DNA of 64,000 bases, taken from assembly GCA_973895155.1 (NCBI GenBank), contig OZ316894.1, positions 9,014,234-9,078,233 of the forward strand, written 5' to 3'. Both the position numbers and the translations under genes were made by a program. Shown here one piece after another: positions 1 through 11,279 of the stretch. Below the pieces are notes generated by a model. The model searched no databases. It was given only the letters and a program-made list of their open reading frames with translations, and was not told the origin of the DNA. This DNA is from Marsupella aquatica (taxonomy: Eukaryota; Plantae; Marchantiophyta). Position 1 is the first letter of the stretch. Every line of letters begins with the position of its first letter.

Positions 1-1722
1 GCAACCAATTCAGTGGCACACATGCAGAATGCCATGAATAAGGTACTACATCGTTTTATTCCAGAGAAGACTCAACCATTCCTTGATGATATGCCAATCA
101 AGGGGTGCTTGGAGACAAAGAAGGATGAGAATGTACGAGAAGATGGGTTGCGACAGTTTGTATGGGAGCACATTCAGGATGTAAAGGCCATCTTGAAGAG
201 ACTGATTGAGGTTGGGCTCACTCTTTTTGGAGAAAAATCTTCATTTGGACTCCGTGAAGTCCTGATTGTGGGACAGATTTGTGGAGTTGAAGGGAGGAGG
301 CCAAATGAAGGAAAAGAGGATGCAATCAATCAGATGAAAGATTGCAGAACATCTTCAGAGGTGCGAAGATTTCTTGGTGCTTGCTTGTTTTACAGGGTTT
401 GGATTCCACACTTTGCACATATTGCTGATCCTTTGTATGGATTACTAAGGAAAAATGTGCAATTTGTTTGGACTGAGGCACACAAAGAGGCTATGCAAAG
501 ATTAAAGGAGGCATTACTTAGCCCCCTTGTTCTACGTCCCTTATGCTATGATGGGAGACCAATCATTGTTACTGTCGATTCAAGCCCTGATGCTGCTGGA
601 TGGGCAGTAGGGCAAGATGATGAAGAGGGAAGGAGATTTGCATCAAGGTTTGGGGCTAAGGTCTTCTCAGCAAGACAAAGACATTATCCTCAAATCAAAC
701 GAGAATTATGAGGTGCAAGAACAGCTTTGTGTCAAGAAAAGGTCTACTTGATTGGAGCACAAGTAATTCTTGAGACAAATTATTTACCACTTTTAGGGAT
801 GATTGCTAATTGTGATACTCCAGATATTGCTATGCTATGTTGGATAGCTTTTATCAGAATGATCAATCCTGAGCTTCGGCACATTGCTGGAAAAGATAAC
901 CCTGTAGCTGATATGCTGTCAAGAGCTCGATATGATCATACTGAGATAGAAGCAGTTCAAGTTATGAGTGGAGAATTTGAGGTTTTATAGTTGCAGGAGG
1001 AGCTATATTCTGGACAGTTGCTTTTGATTGGAAGGTACCTTAGTACTCTTCAAAGGTCTTTTGAATTGACAGATGATGAGTTTCAGCGATTACGGAAGAA
1101 GGCTTACAAGTTCATGCTGAAAGATGGTGTCTTATGGAGAAGATCTTTGAAGAAAGGACATGTTCCATGTAGAGTCCTTGACACTGAAGAGGAGAAGAAA
1201 AAGGTCTTGTGGGACTCTCATGATGCAGTTGAAGCAGGACATCGAGGAGTAAGAGCTACTTATGAGCGGATTCAGAGATGGTATTGGTGGTCAGGCATGT
1301 ATGTGGATGTGAAATCATATGATGGGTCTTGTAAGACTTGCCAATACTACTCTAAAGTTCGATTTAGAGATGGGCTTAATCCTACTAGTCCTTTATCATT
1401 ACATTTCAATGGGCAATAGATGTGGTGCACATGCCATTGGGAGTTAGAGGAGCAAAGTACCTTGTCCTTGCAAGAGAAGATTTATCTTCTTATGTGGAAG
1501 GAAGGGCTTTGACCTCTAATACTACTGAAGCAGTATGCAGGTTTGTACTTGAAGATATCATTGCACGTCATGGTTATTTTGTGCAAATGAGAGCAGATAG
1601 AGGAGAACTCAATTCGGATGAGGCTGCAGATTTTTTTGATCGATTCAACATCAAGCTCAAACTTACTACTGCCTACAACCCGGAAGGCAATGGGAAGATT
1701 GAGCGAGGACACCCATCAATTG
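1..1722 (+). pseudogene. pol: Gypsy pol, RT/RNaseH/integrase N-terminal part, disrupted
   Basis: ORFs 13-711, 727-990, 991-1419 and 1422-1727 are consecutive pol pieces. They are separated by stops (709-711, 988-990) and a frameshift near 1415. Confidence 0.92.
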
Positions 1723-2276
1723 TGTGACACGGGTAACATGTCACTTGACCGAACCCAGGTCGTAGATTAGGACTTATACGGTCATTAGGACCGTAGCCAT
1801 AGTGTAGAATAGCACGTATAGCCGTCTGTTGCCATAATGATTAGATTAGGAGTAGGTTAAGATGATCGAATCATTACGAGTTAAGGAAGGGGATTATTAC
1901 GCGCGACCGAGGTATGGTGGCGGCAGCGGAGTAAAAATCAGTTAGAAGAATCACGCTTGGACCGAGGCGCCGACTTCAGCTCGCTATCAATGACCAAAAC
2001 GGCCTGGCCTTCTCATGCTCGGGCTCATCCTGGCACCTCCATAAGAGAGGAGCCGATGGTGCTGCGGGCCATTTGCTCATGTCTACCTTTCTTTGAATTC
2101 GCGGACGTTGCCACCCACTCGCCCTGCTGATCGAATCGAGTCGACCTTTACAAGGAGATTATTGAGGGAGAAGAGCGGAATGTGGCGAGATTTAGTCAGG
2201 ACGAGCGAGGCCTCCACGAGACAGAGGACCAGCCGGGTGGGAACGCGGACTCAACAAACTGGACTATGAGGTTAGT

Positions 2277-2876
2277 ATGACCCTCACAGCCTTGGGATTT
2301 TGGACCTTGTTTGGCGAGGTAGGTGCTAAGTTCTCCGAGACTTACTGGTACTCTTGCCCCGAGAAAGCCGCTTACGAACGAAGATACGCGAGGCTGGTGA
2401 CCAAGGTAGCACTGGTTAATTGCGAAAGGACAGCCACCACCAGGGATTCCAGCTACAACGAGCTACGAGACTACATCACCGAACTATATCTCAGCGAGGA
2501 AGGGCTTAGATCGGTAGCTGAGGCGATTCTTGAGGTTCCAGCAAAGTTCTTTAAGCTGAAGGGCAACCAGCGGCTTACTCAAGCGAAGTTCAACAAGATT
2601 CTGGGGTACCTAGACCAGCAGATCGCAGCCGAAAAGCGCCAGGAAGACATCAGCAGACAACGGGAAGCGGCGCGTAATCTTACGTTCCTCGGGGAAAGCT
2701 CCAACGCCTTCAACTGGGATATGGCTACCCCGGTACCACCAGTGCCTCAACCGATGACCACCGGAGTACCGCCGAACCAGTCCCAAGTCCGTCCAGTAAT
2801 CAACACGGACCGACGCCGCGCCTGCACCTGCCCCGGCAAACCCCCCGACCAACCAGACCCGACGGCCCCCGGATAA
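2277..2876 (+). CDS. Hypothetical protein (199 aa) inside the putative solo LTR; probably the N-terminal part of the following ORF
   Basis: ATG-initiated ORF. The frame of the next ORF is open from 2800, so a single +1 shift joins them. Confidence 0.55.
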   Translation: MTLTALGFWTLFGEVGAKFSETYWYSCPEKAAYERRYARLVTKVALVNCERTATTRDSSYNELRDYITELYLSEEGLRSVAEAILEVPAKFFKLKGNQRLTQAKFNKILGYLDQQIAAEKRQEDISRQREAARNLTFLGESSNAFNWDMATPVPPVPQPMTTGVPPNQSQVRPVINTDRRRACTCPGKPPDQPDPTAPG

Positions 2877-4497
2877 CCCGAAGTCCAACTTATTACAGAT
2901 AATCCGCGTCCCCGAAGTAGTCTGGATCGCGATCAAGAAACTCGAACATGCGGACTATCTCAAGGAGCATCAGTTGGAGCGGTTCACCCACTTGCTATGG
3001 AGGCCGTGCACCGCCGGGCCGAAGGAGATTTGTGAGTTCATCTCCAATTTCGACACTGACGCGTCGACCACCAAGGTTTCGGGGCAGGCCTTATCACTCA
3101 CGGAGCATCGGTTAACGCAAATCTTCTGCCTACCAGCCGGGCCGGTGCCGGTGGAAATCCGAATTCGGGATAAGGAGTATACGCTGCGGCACTTCAAACC
3201 CGAGGGTAAGACGGACAACGGATACAAGCAGGGGGCGTGCACCAACTTAACCTGTATGGAGCGGCTTAACTTCATACGGACTATCCTACACATGATTGAG
3301 CCACGATCTGAGATTTCCCTCTGCACGATCGTGCAGGTGGAACAGTACAAACGACGAAACTGGGCCCAATTCTTCTACCGAAGATTCTCGGGGGAGCTGA
3401 AGCGGGCTCAGGGTGGTATGGCTATTGGGGGGAAGACTTACTTGGGAAGTCATATCGCCATTATCCTCGCCTGGTACAAGGCACGGCGGGAGGCCAGAGG
3501 AAAGAATATGGCCACCTCAGCCCCGGGTAATGTCACCCCCGCCCCAGAGGAGGCAACCCCGACTACGCGGACTATCGTCCCTCGGGCAAACCCCGAGCCG
3601 GAAGCCCCGACTAATACTCGGCCACCGCCCACTATGGAAATTCCGCCACCCCCTTCCGTCGAGCCTCCGCTACCCGCAGTACAACCACCCCCAATCCCTC
3701 CACCACCTGAAGAGACCTTCCCCTCCCCAGCGCTGACTACGGAGGAGCTCATTGCCCCTGCCGAGGAACCACCGGTACCCGAGAGGATGGAGGACTACCA
3801 AGTAGCCCCGGGGACCATGGCCTACGACCTGGTCCAGAAGTTTAGCCAGACTATGTCTAGAGAGCTGGCGACGTACATCGGACAACAAGTCTCGGCGTAC
3901 TTTCAACCAGCCTTCTTCATGTTAGAGCACCAACCACAGATCGTAAGCCGCCTGGAAGAAGAACTCATGGCGAAGGGGAATGAGATCGGGCGCCTCCAGA
4001 TGTTGGTAGAGCACCTCGAGGAGGAGGCAACAACCCGACGCGAGGAGTTAGTCCGCACCGTCGAACAGAGGGACGGACTAAACCAGGAGTTAAGCGGAGC
4101 GCAGGTCAAACTCAAGAAGCTGGATGACACCGTGCTTCAATTACGCTCAGAATCTTCGGCTCGGGTTACCAGCCTGACCGACCTCAACAAACAATTCCTG
4201 CAGGCAGCACAACAGGTGGCTAGTCTCTCCGCCGAACGAGATAAATTGCTAGCACAGGACCAGATCCATCGCAACTCCATCGACCAGCTCAATCTGGAGG
4301 TAGCGCGGCTCCGGACCGAGGTCGATGAAGCTGCAAATGAGGCGGAGGAGGCGGTACGGGACAACAAGGCCTTGCAGGACCGCATTACCCTGCTCATCCT
4401 CCAGCGGGGAAAACCTGGGCCCACCTCTGATCAAGGCGGCTCGAGGTCTCGTCCCGACAAGGGGACCAGCCTTGGTCCAACCACTGCACACACGTAA
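2800..4497 (+). CDS. Retrotransposon accessory ('env-like'/putative plant transposon) protein with Pro-rich linker and long coiled coil
   Basis: The frame is open 2800-4497. EICEFISNF...KVSGQALSLTEHRLTQIFCLP and NWAQFF...YLGSHIAIIL resemble the extra-ORF domain of plant non-chromovirus Gypsy elements. A Pro-rich stretch precedes a heptad-rich C-terminal region. Confidence 0.65.
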   Translation, partial: STRTDAAPAPAPANPPTNQTRRPPDNPKSNLLQIIRVPEVVWIAIKKLEHADYLKEHQLERFTHLLWRPCTAGPKEICEFISNFDTDASTTKVSGQALSLTEHRLTQIFCLPAGPVPVEIRIRDKEYTLRHFKPEGKTDNGYKQGACTNLTCMERLNFIRTILHMIEPRSEISLCTIVQVEQYKRRNWAQFFYRRFSGELKRAQGGMAIGGKTYLGSHIAIILAWYKARREARGKNMATSAPGNVTPAPEEATPTTRTIVPRANPEPEAPTNTRPPPTMEIPPPPSVEPPLPAVQPPPIPPPPEETFPSPALTTEELIAPAEEPPVPERMEDYQVAPGTMAYDLVQKFSQTMSRELATYIGQQVSAYFQPAFFMLEHQPQIVSRLEEELMAKGNEIGRLQMLVEHLEEEATTRREELVRTVEQRDGLNQELSGAQVKLKKLDDTVLQLRSESSARVTSLTDLNKQFLQAAQQVASLSAERDKLLAQDQIHRNSIDQLNLEVARLRTEVDEAANEAEEAVRDNKALQDRITLLILQRGKPGPTSDQGGSRSRPDKGTSLGPTTAHT

Positions 4498-5463
4498 GGG
4501 GTGGTTAGCGAAGGGTGGAAGCAGGCGCCGTGCGAGGCAGTTAAGTCAGCGGCATCTTTTGGTTAGGCGTAACGACAGAATGACTGTCATTAGGCGCCGA
4601 TTAGCGGCAATAAGAAGAATTAGGGCCGGATCAGTTAGGATCAGCCAACGTAGGATGGAGTCCATCAACGGACTAGAATTAGTCAGTAGGCTTGGCCGTT
4701 GCCATTCCGGTCGGCACCTTGTCGTCGACGGTCAACCAGTTAGTGCGGCGCGGCCAGTAGTCAGTAGGTAGTATCCCGGAAGGCAGTATCCTCCGGCTCT
4801 CCTCCGCGATTGTAGTATTTAGGCTTCCCCTTCCGCTAAAGATGGGGAGAAGGCTTAGTTATCTCAGCAGAGGGAAGGTGAGGCACGGGGAGTCCCGGCC
4901 TGAGCAGGGTCAGAGTGCACCAAGGAGTGAGAGCCAGAGTCGAGCTTGCTGGGCAAGTGCGAGGCAGGGCCTCGTAGAGACTGGGCATCGACTGCCGTTG
5001 GGCCTGTTGACCCCCTTTGAAGTCGAGTCAACCATGTAAACTGATGCTTCGCTGAGTAAATGTAGTCTTTTCCCCCTAATGTTTCTGCAAGTAACTGGTG
5101 TTGTGTGTATGCTTTGTCTGGGTAAAGGCGCCATTTTAAGGGACGTACCGGGTGCGGACTAATGGTAGGGATTGCCACTCATTATATGTCACAAGGTCCT
5201 GTCGTGTCGATGGCTTGAAAGGCCCCAAGCCGGGAGTTAGTCCGAGTCACTAACTGAGGGAATATTCCAGCGGTGGAAAACAAATATACCTATGACTAGT
5301 ACAAATTATTCAGGTGTTATACTGGTAAGTATATCGACTTAGCCCGACTTAGGGCTAATTGAGGTCACTACACACCTCCTTGCCCGAACCCTCACCCTTA
5401 TTGGTGGTCGAGGTCGCACCATGGCACTAAACTGGATTTAAGGCCCAGGTTAGCGGCGCGACA

Positions 5464-6100
5464 AATTATAAATGCCTTGGTAAAGTCTTGCCAAGGAAAA
5501 GCATCAATGTGGCCAAACCTTCTACCGTTTGCTCTTTTAGTAGATCGGATGACATGCACTTCAACAACAGGATTTGCACCTGCCGAATTGGTCTGTGGAC
5601 ATTTATCTTTGATGCAGATTGAAGAGAATGTTCAAAGCTGGAGAACAATTGATTGGGAAGATGACATCACTCGAGAGAAATTATTGGAACGAAGGATTGA
5701 GCACTTTAGCCAGACCAAGGAGAAAATTGAGGAGGCTTTACTAAGGCTAAAAAAGGCTCGTGAGAAGAATAAGGAGCGATTTGATAAGACTCATCGTTTG
5801 AGGCCAATTCCAATCCAGAGTGGAGATTGGGTGTTGATCTATGAAGGAGGCCTTGAGCAACAATATTCTACCTTAAATAAGTTTGCACGTCATTGGAGAG
5901 GACCGTTTGTTGTTGAAAAAGTCAATCCTAATGCAACCTACTTGGTTAGAGAACTGGATGGAGCAATTCATCGCACTCCATATGCAGGAAAGCGAGTGAA
6001 ATTGTTCAAGCGGCAAACTCACTTTATGACAGAAGAGGAAGAGTTTGAACCAGATGACTTTAAAGCTTTGGATGAGAATGAAGATTATCGCGATCTATAG
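5464..6100 (+). pseudogene. pol: Gypsy integrase C-terminal part
   Basis: WPNLLPFALLVDRMT..STTGFAPAELV..G and the GPF/GPY motif (RHWRGPFVVEKV..ATYLV) continue the integrase after the insertion. Confidence 0.92.
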
Positions 6101-6138
6101 GTGTGGTGCATCCGGAGGTTGCACAGGTTTGGTAGGGG

Positions 6139-7506
6139 TGATATGTCGTGATAATTCAATTATTCATGATGAAATCATTACCACTAAATATATTAGTAAG
6201 TATATAGGTTAGATTTATATTTTGTTACGGAGTAACTAAATAATTTGACTATTATGTATGTGCATGCAAGGTAAGCAACTATGCAAACCACAAGTTGCAT
6301 GCACAAATTGTTTGGATGCATGTACAAATTGTTTTATTTGCATGCAATAATCGCTTTATGTGCATGCAAGGTGAGCAAATGTGCAAGCCACAAGGTGCAT
6401 GCACAAATTGTTTTATTTGCATGCAAATTGTTTTATTTGCATGCATTAGTTGTTTTATGTGCATGCAAGGTGAGCAAATGTGCAAGCCACAAGGTGTATG
6501 CACAAATTGTTTTAGATGCATGCAAATTGTTTTATTTGCATGCATTAGTTGTTTTATGCGCATGCAAGGTGAGCAAATGTGCAAGTCACAAGGTGCATGC
6601 ATGCACAAATTATTTTAGGTGCATGCATTAGTTGTTTTACTTGCATGCATTATTTGTTTTGATTGCAATAGTACTAGCACACATTCCTATGTTGGATGTG
6701 TGCCACTTGGCTTTCATCCAAGCGTTTGGGCGTAATCCATGCCCTCTTGGATTCAATATAAATAAAGTGGTGAGGGGCACTCTCTCTTCATTCCCATATT
6801 TTGATAATTTCCGCGTCGAAGCGATCCTCTTTTCTTTTCTCATCTTTTTCTTCTATTCTTTGCCTTATGTACATAGTAGTGGGGCATCCTTTGGCCCGGA
6901 TAGCAAAGGAATGAGTGGTAGACTTATAGATGGGACCTTAGGAAACAAGGTCTCTTCGAGAACTTAGGGGTGGGGCATCCTTTGGCCCAGATAGCAAAGG
7001 AACAAGAGAGTCATTATGAATCCAGAAGGGAGAGATATCCCTAATCTTCCCCTTCGTAATCCATTTTTGGTTAGAGTCCATCTTTTAGACAAGCCATCCA
7101 TGAGGCAACATTTAACTTATCACTTTGGAGCTCAATTTGCAGCTGCTGTTATGAGTTCTAATGAGCCAATAGTATACCCAGTAGTGTCTTATCGAGAGGA
7201 GTGGGAGTGCATTATCTTTGTCCTTTATTGAAGTCATGGATCTAAATAGGAGTCCAGATGACATTCCTATCTCATTTTCTCTTGGAGATATTAGGATTGT
7301 ATGTCGTAGAAAAATTAGTTTTCGAGATGTGTTGATCCGCAAGTATGGTGAAGTAGGATTTAATAGTATATTAGTTTCACCTGAACCTTTCTTAATACCC
7401 ACCACCCTTCTTACAAGAGTTATCATTTTGGTTTTAGTGTAGAACTTATGGGCATGCAAGGTTGACTTCATAAGAGCCAACATGCTCTTACCAAAAAACA
7501 CGGTCA
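6139..7506 (+). repeat. 3' LTR of the Gypsy element (~1368 bp)
   Basis: Begins TGATATGT directly after the PPT and ends ACACGGTCA. Harbinger Myb-gene homology resumes exactly at 7507. Confidence 0.72.
6255..6655. repeat. Tandem array in the LTR, rich in TGCATGCA
   Basis: GCATGCAAGGTGAGCAAATGTGCAAG(C/T)CACAAGGTG recurs at about 6362, 6461 and 6560 (period about 99 bp). Confidence 0.9.
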
Positions 7507-8165
7507 CCCGGACACCGCCATGTCTTTCTGAGCCTGTGCTGACATTTTCAGGGCATCTTCATGCATCCTCAATCTCTTCAACTCATCTTTGGCTGCTCGA
7601 TTTCCAGTGGGCCTCTTCCTGGTTGAACATTGATTGGATCAGTGTCTTCATTGAAAGCTGTAGGCGCACTATCATCATCCAGTTCCACGACCTCTGGAGT
7701 GGGGCTATCCTTATCTGCAACACTTCTTGCTTGTTTCTTGCTCTTCCCTCTCTGCATCTCGTTGTCTGGATTCATGAACCTGGGACAATCTTTCAAAATA
7801 TAGTAGCAACAATCAAAAGAGAAACTCCTGTTTTTGGGATGATTTTCTCTATACAACTCCTTTGCCAATTTGAATGTGTCTTCTGTGTTCGTCCCAGAAA
7901 TCTGTCTACCATCTACTTGTTGATACGTGCCTATGAATTTTTGGACGTCATGCTTGATATCCGCCCACTTCCCTTCCAACGATTTCTTCCCCCGGGTCTC
8001 AAATTTGCGCCCCTTGTTTTTATGATAATGTTCAACGACTCTATCCCAGAATTGTTCGGCCCTCTGCCCAGTTCCAATCAATGGATCCTGTGAAACATGA
8101 AGCACGCTATAGCAAAGCTGCTTCAACTCGCTTTCAGAATACTTTTTCCCTTGACTGCTTGCCAT
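7507..8165 (-). pseudogene. Harbinger Myb/SANT-like accessory gene, frameshifted and interrupted by the Gypsy element
   Basis: MASSQGKKYSESELKQLCYS..SQDPLIGTGQR..FW aligns with the 61824-62768 protein. After a frameshift, LKMSAQAQKDMAVSG matches FKMAAQAQKVMAEIG and then breaks at the LTR. Confidence 0.87.
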
Positions 8166-8619
8166 GCTGGATGATTTTCTCAATCGCAAGGTACTTGGTT
8201 CACTCAATCAATCACGAGGTTTGTGCAACACAATGTCACATGACACGAGGTCTGTGCAGCACAGTGTCGCATGACACAACTTAGCTCTATGCAGCACAGT
8301 GTCGCACGACAAAAAGCGCGATTCTCATCCAAAAACTTTGTCAAGTGCGGGAAACTCCAAGCGGGAACCCAAGCCTGGGCCAGATTGTGCCATGTGTATG
8401 GATTGAAGTCCGTCGATCCTTCTAGGGGCCAAAGTACAGGCTCATTTTCTGACCGCCAATGTGAACAAATCTGGAGGTCAGTGTCTGGAATTTTTGGGGA
8501 GGCCGCCATCAGTTTACCGGTTAAAGAGTGCCGGTGGGAGGCCTTGCCTGCAAAGTTCCAATCTCTATTTGCCTAATTGGAGGTTACGGGGTTGTTTTCT
8601 GGGTCCGGTGGAGATGCTC
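7507..8619. mobile_element. PIF/Harbinger element, right-end remnant
   Basis: TIR CCGGTGGAGATGCTC ends at 8619 and is followed by TAA. It is nearly identical to the TIRs of the full element at 59076-63230, and a Myb-like gene lies inside. Confidence 0.85.
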
Positions 8620-9684
8620 TAAGGCCACCACTCCCCTGACCCATCAACCACTTACGCCCATTCAAAACTTTGATCATGATGTTGAGCTGATAGGGTTGTC
8701 CCAAACCCAAAGCCCTCTTAGTGTCGTTTGTTCAAAACTTAAGTCGGGTTTTAGTTGGGGTTGTGGACAGATCGAGTACATTTCCCATAACGGTTGAACT
8801 AAAAATGTGAAGCAGCTAGTTTGAGATGCCATATCATCTATCAACCATCAACCATCAACCTCCACCCTCAACCTTCTTCCCATGAGTGCATACAAAAATT
8901 TGGGTCATTCAACATGATGTGGCTATTCCCCAAAGAGATTATGGGGGTGCAAGTTAGGGCCTTGACATTGCTATGCCTTGGCCTACGAACAGGTTGGGGA
9001 CTTGTGATTTTGACTGCAGACTAGCAGCACAGTAAATGACCCGGGGTGCAATTAACCCTGGGGGTCTCACTACATGGAGCCCCCTCCCCCCCCCCCCCCC
9101 GCCCCCTCACACATGATGTTTTGAAGTCTCAAATACAGTACTTAAGAATATTTTTGGTTGAATTTTTTACTCTTACTATCTAAAATTTATTTTATGAGTC
9201 CCAAAATTGGATTTGAAGACCCCTAATGGGCCCCTAATGTTCTTATACAAGAACCAATGAAATGACCCTATGGGCGACCCTGTGGTTTGTCGCTTGAAGT
9301 GATTTGCCATTTTGCCCCCGAATTTGCCAAAGTGAGGGACCCCCCAAGAGTGCTACTTACTGTGTTTGGGGGTCAGGCCAGTGGTGCATTAGTTGATGAT
9401 GTGAATACATTATTATGATATTAGCCAATCTATTAAACAATATCTAGTTTTGGGGGCAGGTTTTATTGTAATAAGCCTCTGTTTGAGGGATTTTCCTTTA
9501 GTGAAACCAGGATTTAATCCAGGGATTTAATGCATAAATTATAACACTTTTGTTTGTTAGTAACCAAGCAAGGTTAGAATTGTATGATCCAATGGCTCAT
9601 GTCACACAAGATTCGTACCCTTGATGTGAATCCTCCTTTACATTAGTGATCTGTGGTCAGGCCAGTGGTGCATTAGTTGGGTTG

Positions 9685-10010
9685 CCATGTTGCTTTTGGT
9701 GCTCGATCATAACTCTTTCAGATCAAATTGGAATCAAGTAAAAATTAGCTTGCTAGAAAGCTTATTCAAAACTCTTTCCAAAGAGTTATAATAGGTTCTA
9801 AGAGAATACTCTATGAGAAATCTTATTCACAAAATAACTGAAGAAAAATTGAATCAAAACAAATGAAATGCAATGGCCATAGACAGTTGATTTTGGGGTT
9901 GATAACTCAGTCTCTCAAATTAATCAGAATTAGGCAAAATTTGGCTGGCGAGAAAGCTTATCCAATTCTCTTTTCAAAGAGCTATGGTGGGTTTTTAGAC
10001 ATGCATTTGA
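9685..10010. repeat. Dispersed repeat, probably a DNA transposon fragment; inverted homologue at ~29520-29660
   Basis: CCATGTTGCTTT..CATAACTCT(T/C)TCAGAT..AGAAAGCT(T/C)ATTCAA is shared with the reverse complement of 29540-29658. Confidence 0.6.
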
Positions 10011-11279
10011 GTATTCTTGATGTAAGGAATTCTATTCATAAATTCAGTCAAAATCTGGAGTACGCAAACCCCAGGACACAAACCCTATATTAACATGAGC
10101 AGGCGGGCAGATGGTGAGACAAATGCCATCAATATCCTGACACACAAGCTTATTAGTTAATCAAACAGTAGCTTTCATCTACAGGCAGGCAACACTCTTG
10201 AGACTTTTCCCGATTGTTTAAAGATTTTTTTGTGCTCATGGATTGATTGACCAGGTATGTCAAACCATATGCATATTTTAACAGTAATATACAGAATACA
10301 AGAGATTATACTTATTTGGTATGGTATATGAGGTTGATACTTATATGACATCCCCTCAAATGTGTCTTTTTCTTCACTTGTGAAAGTACACACGTTGGAA
10401 GGAGGACTCTAGAAGGAAGGAAAATGGATTCATTTTGCTTTTCACTTAGTTGCTAATATTTTTTCCTTTATACTTAATTGTGCATGTTTCTGGTTTATTT
10501 AATGGTGGCAATATAAGAAATTAATGGGGGGAGGAATTGAGTGGCTTGCAAAGGAGTGAAGAAATAGGAAAAAGGGGGAGATAATTTTTTTAAATGTTCC
10601 CCTCCAAATAGTATTGTGACCACACCTTGACACTGCAAAGCTCCCAAGGGCCATCATCTCCCTTGCGCTCCCTCTCACCCTCCCACATCCTTGCTCTCCC
10701 CAACAACATAGCTTTCACAACAACATATTTTTCCAAAATAAAATAAATGCAAAAATGAAGGTAACTGTTTTTACGTTATTCTTTTTATTTGCTTTACCTT
10801 TGGTAGGAAAATGGTCCCAAATATTGTCATTCCATCTAATTAAACCTCCAACACTCCTTATTATTGTTTTTTCACACGACCCATCGGACTTGCTTGACAT
10901 GTCCCTCATCTCTACCAGGCTTGCTTTTGCCCTAATTCTCTCTCCCCGTTCTTTCCCAGTTGGAAGCCCAACTCTTTGCCCCATTATTTTGCATCTTTTG
11001 TCCCCACTTTTGTTCCATCTTTGTATCATCAACAAGAAAGATTTATTGCCCAACTCTTGCCCATGTACTCTCACCGCCCATTTTACCCTTACTTGCGTTT
11101 CTTTGCATTGTGCAGATTTATGGCAAGGAAGAATTATGGCAAATCGATCCAATATTCTCAGTTTGATCTGGGGTTTAATCCACCTAAGAACCCCAGCCTT
11201 TAATCAACACTTCTTTACTTTATCTCAATATACGTATCTATGGATTGGGCTTGGCAACAACATGGTGGAAAAAATGGCA

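Larger units (their letters stand above)
1723..5463 (+). mobile_element. 3741-bp insertion with TG...CA ends; probable solo LTR of a second retroelement
   Basis: Starts TGTGACAC and ends GCGCGACA. Flanked by AATTG (1718-1722) and AATTA (5464-5468), a 5-bp TSD with one mismatch. Removing it restores the integrase frame ERGHPSI(V/I)NALVKSCQ. No terminal direct repeat was seen inside. It is much richer in GC and CpG than the flanks. Confidence 0.85.
1..7506 (+). mobile_element. Ty3/Gypsy LTR retrotransposon, degenerate, 3' part only (RT-RNaseH-integrase, PPT, 3' LTR)
   Basis: Domain order is RT (FLDD), RT-RNaseH linker (VRRFLGAC..FVWT), RNaseH (VDSS), integrase zinc finger (H..GHRG..CKTC), then integrase core (TTAYNPEGNGKIER). 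PPT-like GGTAGGGG at 6131-6138 is followed by TG. The 5' end lies outside the window. Confidence 0.93.

Noticed and set aside
1723-5463. Full-length LTR element or TRIM/LARD interpretation of the insert
   Set aside because: The first bases (TGTGACACGGG) do not recur near the 3' end, so no LTR pair is visible, and there is no gag/pol.
6279-6631. Cys/Met/His-rich ORFs
   Set aside because: They are translations of the TGCATGCA tandem array in the LTR.
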